Assembly: GCA_026398615.1 (NCBI GenBank)
Contig: JAPLSN010000041.1
Coordinates: 2,578 to 66,577, forward strand
Source: Spirochaetota bacterium
GTDB lineage: Bacteria; Spirochaetota; Spirochaetia; Treponematales; UBA12059
Direction: 5' to 3'
DNA: 64,000 nucleotides
This document shows, in pieces, positions 1 to 9,148 of this stretch (position 1 is its first letter; each line of letters opens with the position of its first letter). Both the position numbers and the translations under genes were made by a program. Under the pieces are notes generated by a model. That model searched no databases and was not told where the DNA came from. It saw only the letters and a list, made by a program, of their open reading frames with translations.

Positions 1-177
1 TTGCCCGGAAATGCCGTTGATGAGGTTGAGGCTCACCACCAGTATCACGTAGATGAGCGACTGGTTGACGATATGCATGATGTAGCCGTTGAACACGCCA
101 GTGACCGCCAGCAGCTGCAGTACGGCGTAGAACGCGACGGCATACGCCAGGAGGCGAGGGAACCGCAAGTTTCTCAT
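1..177 (-). CDS. livM: Branched-chain amino acid ABC permease LivM, N-terminal part (runs off the window edge)
   Basis: Manual translation from ATG at 177 gives MRNLRFPRLLAYAVAFYAVLQLL...SLIYVILVVSLNLINGISGQ, the typical LivM 'SLNL..G..GQ' motif. Lies directly downstream of livH. Not in the ORF track. Confidence 0.9.
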   Translation of the reverse strand, partial: MRNLRFPRLLAYAVAFYAVLQLLAVTGVFNGYIMHIVNQSLIYVILVVSLNLINGISGQ

Positions 178-187
178 GTCTACTTCC

Positions 188-1102
188 CTATATCTTGTCG
201 GCGGTCTTCTCGCCGAGGATGCCGCGCGGCCTCACGAGGAGGACCAGGATGAGTATCGCGAACGCGATGCCTTCCCCGAGGAGGGAATTGTACGCGGAGG
301 CGAAGGTCTCTGCCAGACCCATGATATAGGCCCCGATCACCGCGCCGGGGATATTGCCGATACCGCCGAGGACCGCAGCTATGAAGGCTTTGAGTCCGGG
401 CTGGATTCCCATGTACGGGAAAATTCTAGGATACGTCATGCCGTTGAGGAGCCCTGCCACACCGGCGAAGGCGCCGCCAATGATGAAAGTCCAGCTGATG
501 ACCCGCTCCACGTCGATGCCCATGAGCTTGGCGGCATCCTTGTCCTGCGACACGGCTCGCATGGCTTTGCCGAGCGGCGTCCATTTCACGAGGACCGTAA
601 GGCCGATCATGAGCACCGCGGCCACCCCGATGTCTATCAGGGTATAGTTCGATATCGTGGCTGATCCTATCGCTATCTGCATCTTCGGCAGTATCTCCGG
701 AAAGGCCTTGTACGATGGCCCAATGGGAGGGAACGCCGAAAAGAAATATTCAATGAACATGGAAACACCGATCGCCGTGATGAGCGAAGAGAGCTTGGGT
801 TTGTACCTGAGCGGCCTGTAAGCGAAGCGATTCGTGACCGCCGCCACGGCGCCCCCGGCGAGCACCGAAAAAATCAGGACGATGAAGGCGAGCGTGCCTC
901 CCTTGGCTCCCAGGAGGGAATTGAACAGGAAGAAGGAACCGTAGGATGCATAGGCACCTATCATGAAGAAGTCGCCATGCGCGAAATTGATGAGCCGTAC
1001 GATTCCGTACACCATGGTGTATCCCAAGGCGATGAGAGCGTAGATTGAACCCGTTTGGAGTCCGTTGATCACTTGCTGGACATTGAAGATGGATCCCATC
1101 AT
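188..1102 (-). CDS. livH: Branched-chain amino acid ABC permease LivH
   Basis: NGLQTGSIYALIALGYTMVYGIVRLINFAHGDF, GKAMRAVSQD and AAVLGGIGNIPGA motifs; hydrophobic protein. Confidence 0.97.
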   Translation of the reverse strand: MMGSIFNVQQVINGLQTGSIYALIALGYTMVYGIVRLINFAHGDFFMIGAYASYGSFFLFNSLLGAKGGTLAFIVLIFSVLAGGAVAAVTNRFAYRPLRYKPKLSSLITAIGVSMFIEYFFSAFPPIGPSYKAFPEILPKMQIAIGSATISNYTLIDIGVAAVLMIGLTVLVKWTPLGKAMRAVSQDKDAAKLMGIDVERVISWTFIIGGAFAGVAGLLNGMTYPRIFPYMGIQPGLKAFIAAVLGGIGNIPGAVIGAYIMGLAETFASAYNSLLGEGIAFAILILVLLVRPRGILGEKTADKI

Positions 1103-1120
1103 GAACCCCTTTTTCCGAAT

Positions 1121-1154
1121 AAAGAAGGGGGGGACTCATCGTCCCCCCTTCTTT
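1121..1154 (-). terminator. Intra-operon hairpin or terminator between livJ and livH
   Basis: AAAGAAGGGGGGGAC-TCATC-GTCCCCCCTTCTTT inverted repeat (one extra G). Typical of substrate-binding-protein genes expressed in excess of their permeases. Confidence 0.8.
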
Positions 1155-1168
1155 GGATAACGGAGACC

Positions 1169-2287
1169 TTAAGGATTGACCGTCGTGCGGTACACTTGCT
1201 TGCCGCCCTTGATCTCGATGATCGCGGCGGACTTGATCGGGTTCCTGTTGGCATCGAACTTGACGCGGCCGGAGACGCAGACCAGGTCGATGGCTGCGAG
1301 CGCATCCCTGATCTTGGCTCCGTCGGTCGATTTGGCGTTCTTGATCGCCGTGAGCATGAGGTACGTCGCGTCGTAGGCGAGCGCCGCGAGCGCGTCAGGA
1401 GTCGCGTTGTTCTTGGCCTTGTAGTTCTTCACGAAGGTGAGGACTTCAGGCGTGGTGGCATCCGGCGCGTAGTGGTTCGTGAAGAACCCGTTTTCGACGG
1501 CTTCGCCGCCGAGCTTCACGAGGTCGGGTGAATCCCAACCGTCGCCGCCCAACAGCGGACCTTTGTAACCGAGCTCGCGTGCCTGCTTGGCGATGAGAGC
1601 CACGTCGTTATAGTAGTCCGAGATATAGAGGACTTCAGGCTTGCCCTCAAGGATCTTCGTGAGCTGGGCCTTGAAATCCGTCGCTCCCGACGGGTGTCCC
1701 TCGAACGCGACGACCGTTCCGCCGAGTGCTTCGAAGGCTTTCTTGAAGCTCTCGGAAAGTCCCTTGGTGTAGTCGTTGCCGAGGTCGAAGATGGCCGCGG
1801 CTTTCTTGGCTTTGAGGTCTTCGAACGCGAACTTGGCTCCGACCGTGCCCTGGAAGGGGTCGATGAAACAAGCTCGGAAGATGTAGTCGCCGACCAGGGT
1901 CACCTTTTCGTTGGTGGACGTGGGGCTGATCATGGGGATCTTGGCCGCCTGGGCGATGGGTGCGCCAGCGAGGGTCACCTTCGACATGACCGTTCCGATG
2001 ATGGCAACGACCTTGTCCTGCTGGATGAGTTTCGTGTAGACAGTGGCGCCTTCAGCTGGATCGCCCTTGTCGTCGGCGAAGGAAGTCTTGATGGTCTTCC
2101 CGAGGACGCCGCCCTTGGCGTTCCATTCTTCCACGGCGAGCAGGAAACCCTTTTTCGTGGAGTCGCCGAACGTGGCGGCCTCTCCGGTGACGGGACCGAC
2201 TCCGCCAAGAATGAGCTCTTTGCTCTGACCGCACGAGACGGCCAAAAGGACGACGGCCAAGAGCATGATTGACAGGAATTGCTTCAT
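1169..2287 (-). CDS. livJ: Branched-chain amino acid ABC substrate-binding lipoprotein (LivJ/LivK family)
   Basis: ATG at 2287 with GGAGGT RBS; lipoprotein signal (LLAVSC); ADDKGDPAEG and DGWDSP motifs. The ORF track over-extends the start to 2479. Confidence 0.95.
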   Translation of the reverse strand: MKQFLSIMLLAVVLLAVSCGQSKELILGGVGPVTGEAATFGDSTKKGFLLAVEEWNAKGGVLGKTIKTSFADDKGDPAEGATVYTKLIQQDKVVAIIGTVMSKVTLAGAPIAQAAKIPMISPTSTNEKVTLVGDYIFRACFIDPFQGTVGAKFAFEDLKAKKAAAIFDLGNDYTKGLSESFKKAFEALGGTVVAFEGHPSGATDFKAQLTKILEGKPEVLYISDYYNDVALIAKQARELGYKGPLLGGDGWDSPDLVKLGGEAVENGFFTNHYAPDATTPEVLTFVKNYKAKNNATPDALAALAYDATYLMLTAIKNAKSTDGAKIRDALAAIDLVCVSGRVKFDANRNPIKSAAIIEIKGGKQVYRTTVNP

Positions 2288-2318
2288 GATACCTCCATAC
2301 CACCCGTTTGGGTTTGTT

Positions 2319-2349
2319 ACTGTATAAAGATTCTCAAAAAAAATGTCAA
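2319..2349 (-). promoter_or_regulatory. sigma70-type promoter of livJ
   Basis: TTGACA at 2349-2344, then TATACA at 17 nt or TACAGT at 19 nt spacing. Confidence 0.6.
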
Positions 2350-2396
2350 GCCATGAAAACGGATCTTTCCATTCACCCCGTTTCGGCACGTCGCAC

Positions 2397-2423
2397 AAAA
2401 AAACGCCCCCGAAGGGGCGTTCA
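2397..2423 (-). terminator. Intrinsic terminator after the small Cys-rich gene
   Basis: Minus strand reads GAACGCCCC-TTCG-GGGGCGTTTTTTT. Confidence 0.9.
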
Positions 2424-2439
2424 GAACAAAAAACCCGAA

Positions 2440-2610
2440 TCAGGTGAAGTCGCTCGGGCGGCGTTCTGTGCGTTTGCACTTATCGCATTCGGCGACGTTC
2501 TTGACCTTTCCGTTTTCGAACAAGGTCTTCATCTTGACTTCTCCGCCGCAGGGGCAATAGAAGCGATGAGTCGTACTCGAGGTACGGGCGTTCTTGCTGA
2601 TCTGACCCAT
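2440..2610 (-). CDS. Small (56 aa) basic, zinc-ribbon-like protein
   Basis: MGQISKNARTSSTTHRFYCPCGGEVKMKTLFENGKVKNVAECDKCKRTERRPSDFT; GAGGAG RBS 5 nt before ATG; CxC...CxxC; has its own promoter and terminator. Confidence 0.8.
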   Translation of the reverse strand: MGQISKNARTSSTTHRFYCPCGGEVKMKTLFENGKVKNVAECDKCKRTERRPSDFT

Positions 2611-2761
2611 GTCATCTCCTCGGCCGCAGCGGATCTGAGCCCGAAACGGCGGTATTTCCATAATAAATGCGCTGGCATCCGATCCCGTCCAGGAAAGGGC
2701 TGAATGACCTTGGCTGAAGTCCTGAACCCGGTACTCCTCGCGTGGATCCTGCTCGTTCCGT

Positions 2762-2791
2762 AAGATACAGAATATTGGAATCGGATGTCAA
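2762..2791 (-). promoter_or_regulatory. sigma70-type promoter for the small Cys-rich gene (about 145-nt leader)
   Basis: TTGACA (2791-2786), 18-nt spacer, TATCTT (2767-2762). Confidence 0.6.
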
Positions 2792-2846
2792 CACGGCAAA
2801 AAGTTGCCCCCGGCTTTCACCGGGGGCGCGCACAAGGTAAGGAGGA

Positions 2847-2875
2847 AGAAAGGGCAGTCGCCTCTGCCCTTTCTC
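2847..2875 (-). terminator. Terminator after the ParB-like gene; a second GC hairpin lies at 2805-2828
   Basis: AGAAAGGGCAG-loop-CTGCCCTTTCT inverted repeat; GCCCCCGG-CTTTCA-CCGGGGGC hairpin next to it. Confidence 0.75.
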
Positions 2876-3010
2876 GATACTGAATACACCGGACGGGCAT
2901 CGAAGTTACAGAGATCAGCTCCGAATTTCCTGGAATCGGATGGGGAAAGGCGCTTGGTGTCAGATGGTCAGACGGAACGTTCCACGGGTCAACCTACACT
3001 CCCCCGGCTG

Positions 3011-3934
3011 TCAGGTTTTCTTCCTGCCAAGCAGGAAGCGGAGCCAGCCCCGAAAACCGGCGCCGTACTTGAGGGTGAAGTCGAGCACGGCTTCCTTGAG
3101 AGGGTATCCGAGTCCGTATTTCTTCTTGAGGAAATGCCAATGCTTCACGATGAATACGTACAGGTCGGACTGGGTACGGCCCGGAAAGCGCCAGCCGATA
3201 TGCTCGACGGCAATGATGGAAACGATCGGTGAGTACACATGGAGGTACCAGGAGCCGATCGCCTCCTCCAGGGCTATTTCCGTACTGGAATCCTGGTTGA
3301 TGTAATACTTGTGCACGAGGACGTGGTTGACGATGACGTCGTACTGGCCGGGATCCGAAAAATCCAGGTTTTCATCCCCGGTTATCGTGCCGAAGGATGT
3401 CTGCTCGTAAAATTGCTTCTTTTCGAAAGCGACGACCGCGTGCTTCAGTTCATCGAGCGTCATCCCGGAGTGGAGGCTGATCTCGGAATCCAGGGAAATC
3501 ACCTCGGCATCGATGCTCTCCACCCCCTGCAGCTTGGCTACGGACACCCTGTGGTTGCCATCCCGCACGAAATATGCTCCCCCGATCTCGTAGAGCTGTA
3601 TCGGAGGAAGGATGATATCCCGGTAATGCGCGACATCGACCTTCACCCAGCGCGGCCGCATGTGCTCGGCTTTGGGCAGGAACGCCGTGTTGAAATCCCG
3701 GTAGCGTCCCTCGCTGCCGACGATCCTGTCGATCTGGACGACCTGCATTCCCCGATAGGTTTCACCTTTGGGCTTGACGATCGTTCGCACATCGTTCAAT
3801 GAAAGAAGCCTTGTCCGGTCCGGATTCAGGAAGGTCTGTATGCTCGATAGGGTTTCCTTGATCCTCGCTCGTGAGAAATCCCCGTCGGCTTGGGCAGAAT
3901 ACATATCACTCATGCTGGTCCCCTGAAACGTCAC
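3011..3934 (-). CDS. ParB/sulfiredoxin-like N-terminal domain protein (DUF4032-like, often annotated 'transcriptional regulator')
   Basis: LPPIQLYEIGGAYFVRDGNHRVSVAK matches the ParB/Srx DGxHR motif. Start may instead be ATG 3913. Confidence 0.75.
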   Translation of the reverse strand: MTFQGTSMSDMYSAQADGDFSRARIKETLSSIQTFLNPDRTRLLSLNDVRTIVKPKGETYRGMQVVQIDRIVGSEGRYRDFNTAFLPKAEHMRPRWVKVDVAHYRDIILPPIQLYEIGGAYFVRDGNHRVSVAKLQGVESIDAEVISLDSEISLHSGMTLDELKHAVVAFEKKQFYEQTSFGTITGDENLDFSDPGQYDVIVNHVLVHKYYINQDSSTEIALEEAIGSWYLHVYSPIVSIIAVEHIGWRFPGRTQSDLYVFIVKHWHFLKKKYGLGYPLKEAVLDFTLKYGAGFRGWLRFLLGRKKT

Positions 3935-4018
3935 AAAGTCGAAAATGCCGCTTCAGGCTGCCATGGATGCAGGTTTTTCGCGGCATATCGTATCGGTTGC
4001 CGGAAATCACGAGGGGTG

Positions 4019-4714
4019 TCAAAAAGCGACGCGTTGTCCTATATCCCGTCGGATTTCCAGTACATAGTGGCTGAACGCGTTCACGACGGTCGTGCCCTCG
4101 AAAGTGGATACGCGAACGTCGTTGAGATCGTATAGATGAATGTGGCCATGGACGAGGTAACGCGGCCTGAAAACTTTCATGAACCAGTTGAAGGCGGGGA
4201 AGCCCCGGTGGCAGGGGTCGTCGCGGTCATGAATACCTCTCGGCGGGGCATGGGTCAGGAGAATGTCCAGCCAACGGCCGTAACGCAGGCGGTTGAACAG
4301 GAGTTTCGGGATGAGCAGGACCATGCGAAGGAGCATCTCCACGTTGGAAAATTGGTTCGGCCCGCCGTTGTAACGCATCGAGCCGCCGAAGCCGGCCACG
4401 AGGAGACCGTTTTCGCGCAAGGATTTGCAGCCGATGTAGGTCGCGCCGCAGGATGCTTCGGGAACCTCACCCGTATGGGCTGGCATGGACGCGAAACGCT
4501 CCGCGTACTTGGGGCGATAGAGGAAAAGGGAGTCCAGGTTGTGATTGCCGAACACGAAAAACAACGGCTTGTTGAGGCAGCTCACGATGAACGAGAGATA
4601 TTCCATGGGAAGATCGCCGGCACTCAGCACGAAATCCACGTCACCGAAGCGTTCCTTGACGGCGGTCGAGTACACGATCGGATCGATCTGGTCGGAGACG
4701 CAGAGTATCTTCAT
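4019..4714 (-). CDS. Calcineurin-like metallophosphoesterase
   Basis: Metal-ligand motifs VSD, AGDL, VFGNH, LLTHAPP and VHGHIH. Confidence 0.92.
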   Translation of the reverse strand: MKILCVSDQIDPIVYSTAVKERFGDVDFVLSAGDLPMEYLSFIVSCLNKPLFFVFGNHNLDSLFLYRPKYAERFASMPAHTGEVPEASCGATYIGCKSLRENGLLVAGFGGSMRYNGGPNQFSNVEMLLRMVLLIPKLLFNRLRYGRWLDILLTHAPPRGIHDRDDPCHRGFPAFNWFMKVFRPRYLVHGHIHLYDLNDVRVSTFEGTTVVNAFSHYVLEIRRDIGQRVAF

Positions 4715-6102
4715 CGCGGACGAGGAGACTGATCGTCCGTGACGGGAATCTTGGCGAGTAGTTCCTGGAGCTTTTCCTTGGCAAAGAGCTCCACCGGCCT
4801 GTTTTCCGCGAATTCAAGGGCGGTCCGGTTGAAATTCACGTTGGTCAGGATGCTTCCCCTGATGATGTTGAGTTTTTTCATCTTTTCAAGGAGGGAACGT
4901 ATCATCGTATCGTCCAGGGTATCGGAAACCCTCACGAAACGAAGGAGCCTCGGCATTTTCTTGACGCCCATCCATTTTTCCGAATCGTTCTCGACCGTGA
5001 TGAAGTCCACACCGTTCGGCAAGTCCATCTCATCCCGGACGGCGAAGCTCAGTCCATACATCGCAAGCTTCCGGCACAGTTCCACGAAGCTGTCCTTGGA
5101 ACAAGTGAGGAAGTCCTTCATGCGGTCATCCGTCCGGTATTCCTGGTATTGCGAGAGCTTTTCGGCGACATCCTTGAAATTCGGCTTCCTGACGTAGATT
5201 TTTTCCCACTGTTCTATTGCCCTGTCCAGGTTCCGGGTCTTTTCATAGCAGACCGCGAGAAAATAGCGTCCGTAGAGCGCGTCGTTCGATGCCTCGTCCT
5301 TGGTGAGCTTGATGGCCCGCTCCAGCTCAATGATCGCCTTTTCATAGCCGCCCATCGACATGTAGCAGCCGCCGCGTTCGATGAGGGACTTCTGCTTGTA
5401 GGTCTGGCTCTTCTGCGCCTTTTCGAACGAAAGCAACGCCGCCGTGTTGTCGCTGTTTTCCTTGTGTATCTTCCCGAGGAAATAATTGGCGTCATGGATG
5501 GAAGGATCGTTTTTCAGCGCCGCTTCGAGTTCGTCCCTCGCTTCGAGGGGATGCTTGGACCGGTACAGTATCGTCCCCAGCCGGAAATGGGCCTGGGCGT
5601 TGCGCGAATCCAGCTCCAGCGACTTCCTGAGATACTTGATCGCCACCTCGCCGTTGCCTCGGTCGTCGAAGATCGCGCCCGCGTTGTAGTAGTTCTCGCC
5701 GTTGTTGGGTTCGAGCTGGGTGAGGAGGATGTATTCCTTGAGGGCTTCCTCGAGCTGACCGAATTTTTCGAACAGGGCCGCCGTCTTCTTCCTGAACTCG
5801 CGTTCGGGAAGGTCCTGGTCGAACTGCCCGATCTGGTTGACCGCCTTGAATTCCATGAGGGCGAGTTCGGGCTTGTTTTCCGCGAGGTATACCAGGCCCA
5901 GGAAGTAGCGCGCCGGGCCGTGTCGCTGGTCCTTGGCGATGAGGGCGCGGGCCGCGCGTTCGGCGGCCTGGTAGCGGCCCTGCTTGATGAGTTCCGCCAC
6001 GGCGGAAAGGCGTTTCGGCGAGATCACCATCTTCACGATGAAAAACGCGAGCACGCCGACTCCCACGCCCGTAACGATGGTGAGTATGATCGTAATCGAC
6101 AT
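4711..6102 (-). CDS. Membrane-anchored TPR protein with a C-terminal Mrr-like restriction-endonuclease-fold domain
   Basis: N-terminal TM helix; several TPR repeats (AQAHFRLG, ANYFLG, ALYGRYFLAVCYE); C-terminal 'NGVDF...GSILTNVNFNRTALEFAENRPVELFAKEKLQELL' resembles Mrr_cat; 4-bp overlap with the next gene. Confidence 0.8.
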   Translation of the reverse strand: MSITIILTIVTGVGVGVLAFFIVKMVISPKRLSAVAELIKQGRYQAAERAARALIAKDQRHGPARYFLGLVYLAENKPELALMEFKAVNQIGQFDQDLPEREFRKKTAALFEKFGQLEEALKEYILLTQLEPNNGENYYNAGAIFDDRGNGEVAIKYLRKSLELDSRNAQAHFRLGTILYRSKHPLEARDELEAALKNDPSIHDANYFLGKIHKENSDNTAALLSFEKAQKSQTYKQKSLIERGGCYMSMGGYEKAIIELERAIKLTKDEASNDALYGRYFLAVCYEKTRNLDRAIEQWEKIYVRKPNFKDVAEKLSQYQEYRTDDRMKDFLTCSKDSFVELCRKLAMYGLSFAVRDEMDLPNGVDFITVENDSEKWMGVKKMPRLLRFVRVSDTLDDTMIRSLLEKMKKLNIIRGSILTNVNFNRTALEFAENRPVELFAKEKLQELLAKIPVTDDQSPRPR

Positions 6103-6321
6103 CGCAACTCCAGTTCTCGACGGCTTGGCCCGGGATATACGGTTCCTGCCGGACTGTGCTATCCTAGTATGATATGAAAGCGCGTTCAGTTTCCATACCC
6201 CGGCCGCCCGCCTGAAAGAATACAGGTTGCCCGGAATTACGATGCCGCGACATCGCGGCTATCCTGAAGGTGCGGGAAAAGATCGTACGGCTTTTCCCGT
6301 GCTCCGTCGAGGAGGCTCCTG

Positions 6322-7032
6322 ATGAACCGGTCGATTCGGGCGCTCGCGGCGTTCTGCCTCACGGTGACGGTCTCGGGCGCCCTGTCCGCGGCGGATCTCT
6401 TCCAGGAATGCGAACGTCTGTTCATGGAAAACAAGCCCCGTGAAGCTGCGGCTATCCTCGAACAGGCGGTTCGCACCTCGGGCGTCGACGAAAAAGCCTG
6501 GCTCTACCTCGGCATATCATACCAGCAACTCTCCCGTCTGGACGACGCGCTGGGGGCATTCAGGAAGGGCGTGGCCGTCTCCGTCCGCTACCGGCATCTC
6601 TTCTATTATAACATGGGCAACTGCTATGCCGCCCAGTCGAAAAACGCCTTTGCCGACGAAACTTACGGGCAGGCCGTTCTCGAGCGCCCGGATTATCCCC
6701 CTTCCTACCTCAACCGCGCGAATGTCCGGCTCAAGCTGGGGCGGATACACGACGCGGCGTCCGACTACACGACGTACCTTGCGCTGGACCCCGCGTCGCC
6801 CCAGGCGGAATCCATCCGGAAACTGCTCGCACTCCTCTCGGACGACATCGACGCGGAAGAGCAGGCGAAGGCGGACGCCGAAGCCAAACGCATCGCCGAG
6901 GAGGAAGCCAGGAAAGCCCTGCTCGATGCCTTGGCCCAATCCCTCAAGGATTCGGCGGGAAACACGACCAACATGACCGGCGGCACCGACGGCCCGCAGG
7001 GCTATGTCGACGACCTCCAGCTTGAAGACTGA
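6322..7032 (+). CDS. Exported TPR protein
   Basis: GAGGAGG RBS, signal peptide, TPR repeats (AWLYLG, FYYNMG, SYLNRAN), acidic tail. Confidence 0.88.
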   Translation: MNRSIRALAAFCLTVTVSGALSAADLFQECERLFMENKPREAAAILEQAVRTSGVDEKAWLYLGISYQQLSRLDDALGAFRKGVAVSVRYRHLFYYNMGNCYAAQSKNAFADETYGQAVLERPDYPPSYLNRANVRLKLGRIHDAASDYTTYLALDPASPQAESIRKLLALLSDDIDAEEQAKADAEAKRIAEEEARKALLDALAQSLKDSAGNTTNMTGGTDGPQGYVDDLQLED

Positions 7033-7139
7033 CAATGGCCTCCGCGCAAGGCTGAGCCCTCGACATGCCTCCGGCGGCCATGGTTTCATGATCACGACCC
7101 ATCCGGCGCAAAGGCGCGTCCACCGGGAAAGGAACTACC

Positions 7140-9107
7140 ATGATCGATGACAGAACGAAACGCAAGCTCCTTATGGCCGGCATCATCGCCGTCGGTCTCG
7201 CCATCCTCGTCCTGGCCGGCATCGGCATCTCCATCGCGCTGGGCGGGAGCGCGAACGAACGGTCGAACACCCTTCGCCTGGCCCGCGACTATCTGGATGA
7301 CGGCGACTACGCGCGTGCGCTGGATCTCGTCGACAGGCTCCTCATCAGGGACGCGGACGACAAGGAAGCCAGGGAGCTCCGGGACGAAATCGTCGCCGGC
7401 AAGAAGGCGGCCGACGAGCGGGCCGCGCTCGAACGTGCCGAGGCGGAAAAAAGCGGCCAGGATGCGATCAAGGAATCCCTGGACGATCTCGGCGACAGGC
7501 TGAACAAGCCCGGACCCCCCGGCGCCCCGGCTTCGCCTGCCGGCACGACGTCGCAGGACGATGCCGCCGCGCGGGCGAAAGCCGACGAAGCGGCCAGGAA
7601 GAAAGCCGAAGCGGAAGCCGAAGCCGCGCGGAAAAAGACCGCCGAGGAAGAGATGGCGCGGAAGAGCCGCGATGTCCAGGACCGCATGCGTGCCGCCCGG
7701 AAACTCATCGAGGAAGGTACGGCGGCCATGGAAAAGGGGGAGTACGACGCCGGCCGCTCGAAATTCGATGATGCACAGACGCGATTCCCCCCGGGAGAGG
7801 ATGAGTTCGCGTCGGGAGCGTTGGCCGATATCGCCGAGGGCTTCTACGAAGGGTACAAGAGGGCTCCCCAGAGTCCCGACGGGGTCCAGAGCGCGAAGGA
7901 CGCCCAGAAGGCCGCGCAGGAATCCATACGGAAGGATCCCGCCGAAGCCCGGCCGCACTACACCCTGGCCAAGATATATGCCGATTCGGGGCTGGCCAAG
8001 GAAGCAGCCGACGAACTGGAAAAGGCCGTCAAGCTCGATCCGCAGAATTACCTGTATTCCTACGAACTCGGGAAGTTGTACTACCGGATGAAGCGCTTCG
8101 AGGATGCGCGCCGGGCTTTCGAAGCCGCGGCCAAGCTGAACCCGAAATTCGAACCAGCTTACCTCAACCTCGGCATCACCCAGAAAACCCTCAAGGACAA
8201 CGATGCCGCCCTTGCCGCCTTCAGGAAAGCCGTGGCCGTGAAACCCGACTACGCGAGGGCGTGGGTCGAGATCGGGAAGATCCTGTCGGAGAAGAACGAC
8301 GTCGCGGGATCGATCGAGGCGTACAGGAAGGCGCTCGCCATCGAACCCGGCAACCTGACCGCGTTGCGCGACCTGGGACTGGTGTACGCGAGATCGGGCA
8401 AGCTCCAGGACGCCGAACGGACCTTCGAGAAGGCGCTCGCGGTGGAACCGGACGCGCGGACTAACTACAACCTGGCGACGGTGAAGATCGACCTTGGGAA
8501 ACCGCAGGAAGCCGTCCGCTACGCCGAAGCCGCGGTCAGGCTCGCGCCCAACGACGCGGTGTACCAGTACACCCTCGGGCTCGTCTACGACCTGACCGGC
8601 AACACGGACGGCGCCATCACCGCGTACACCAGATCCTGCGACCTCGACAGGAACTACGCCCTTCCCCGCATCAATCTCGGCAAGATCTACCTGGAATCCG
8701 GATTCACGGACAAGGCGCTCCCCTACCTCGAGGATGCCTACAAGATCGACCCGGGATCGCTCGAGGCCAACAACAACCTCGGGAGCGCGTACGGCAAGAA
8801 GGGGATGTACGACAGGAGCGTTTCCCATTATGAAAAGGCGCTTTCGCTCGCCCCGAGGGACTCAGGCGTCCGCATGAACCTGGCCCGCGCCTACATCCAG
8901 GCCGACAAGCTGGAAAAAGCGAGGGACGCATTCGCCGAACTCATCAGGATCGACGCGACTGCGTGGGACGCCTACTACGAACTCGGAAGGGTCCAGGTCG
9001 GGCTCAAGGACAACGCCGCGGCCAAGAAGATACTCACCGAACTCCTGGTGAAAAAACCCGACTATCCGAAACGCGCCGAGGTGGAGAAGATACTCGCCAG
9101 CCTGTAG
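7140..9107 (+). CDS. Large membrane-anchored TPR protein (655 aa)
   Basis: N-terminal TM helix, Ala/Glu/Lys-rich coiled linker, more than 10 TPR repeats. Confidence 0.9.
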   Translation: MIDDRTKRKLLMAGIIAVGLAILVLAGIGISIALGGSANERSNTLRLARDYLDDGDYARALDLVDRLLIRDADDKEARELRDEIVAGKKAADERAALERAEAEKSGQDAIKESLDDLGDRLNKPGPPGAPASPAGTTSQDDAAARAKADEAARKKAEAEAEAARKKTAEEEMARKSRDVQDRMRAARKLIEEGTAAMEKGEYDAGRSKFDDAQTRFPPGEDEFASGALADIAEGFYEGYKRAPQSPDGVQSAKDAQKAAQESIRKDPAEARPHYTLAKIYADSGLAKEAADELEKAVKLDPQNYLYSYELGKLYYRMKRFEDARRAFEAAAKLNPKFEPAYLNLGITQKTLKDNDAALAAFRKAVAVKPDYARAWVEIGKILSEKNDVAGSIEAYRKALAIEPGNLTALRDLGLVYARSGKLQDAERTFEKALAVEPDARTNYNLATVKIDLGKPQEAVRYAEAAVRLAPNDAVYQYTLGLVYDLTGNTDGAITAYTRSCDLDRNYALPRINLGKIYLESGFTDKALPYLEDAYKIDPGSLEANNNLGSAYGKKGMYDRSVSHYEKALSLAPRDSGVRMNLARAYIQADKLEKARDAFAELIRIDATAWDAYYELGRVQVGLKDNAAAKKILTELLVKKPDYPKRAEVEKILASL

Positions 9108-9148
9108 GAGCCCCGACGCCGAAGGGCGGCGGGGAGCCCGGCCGCGCG

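Noticed and set aside
2700-2900. 6S RNA candidate (GGGTTCAGGACTTCAGCC resembles the 3' part of 6S RNAs)
   Set aside because: The motif lies about 30 nt after a promoter rather than near a 3' end, and the region does not form the long rod with a central bubble.
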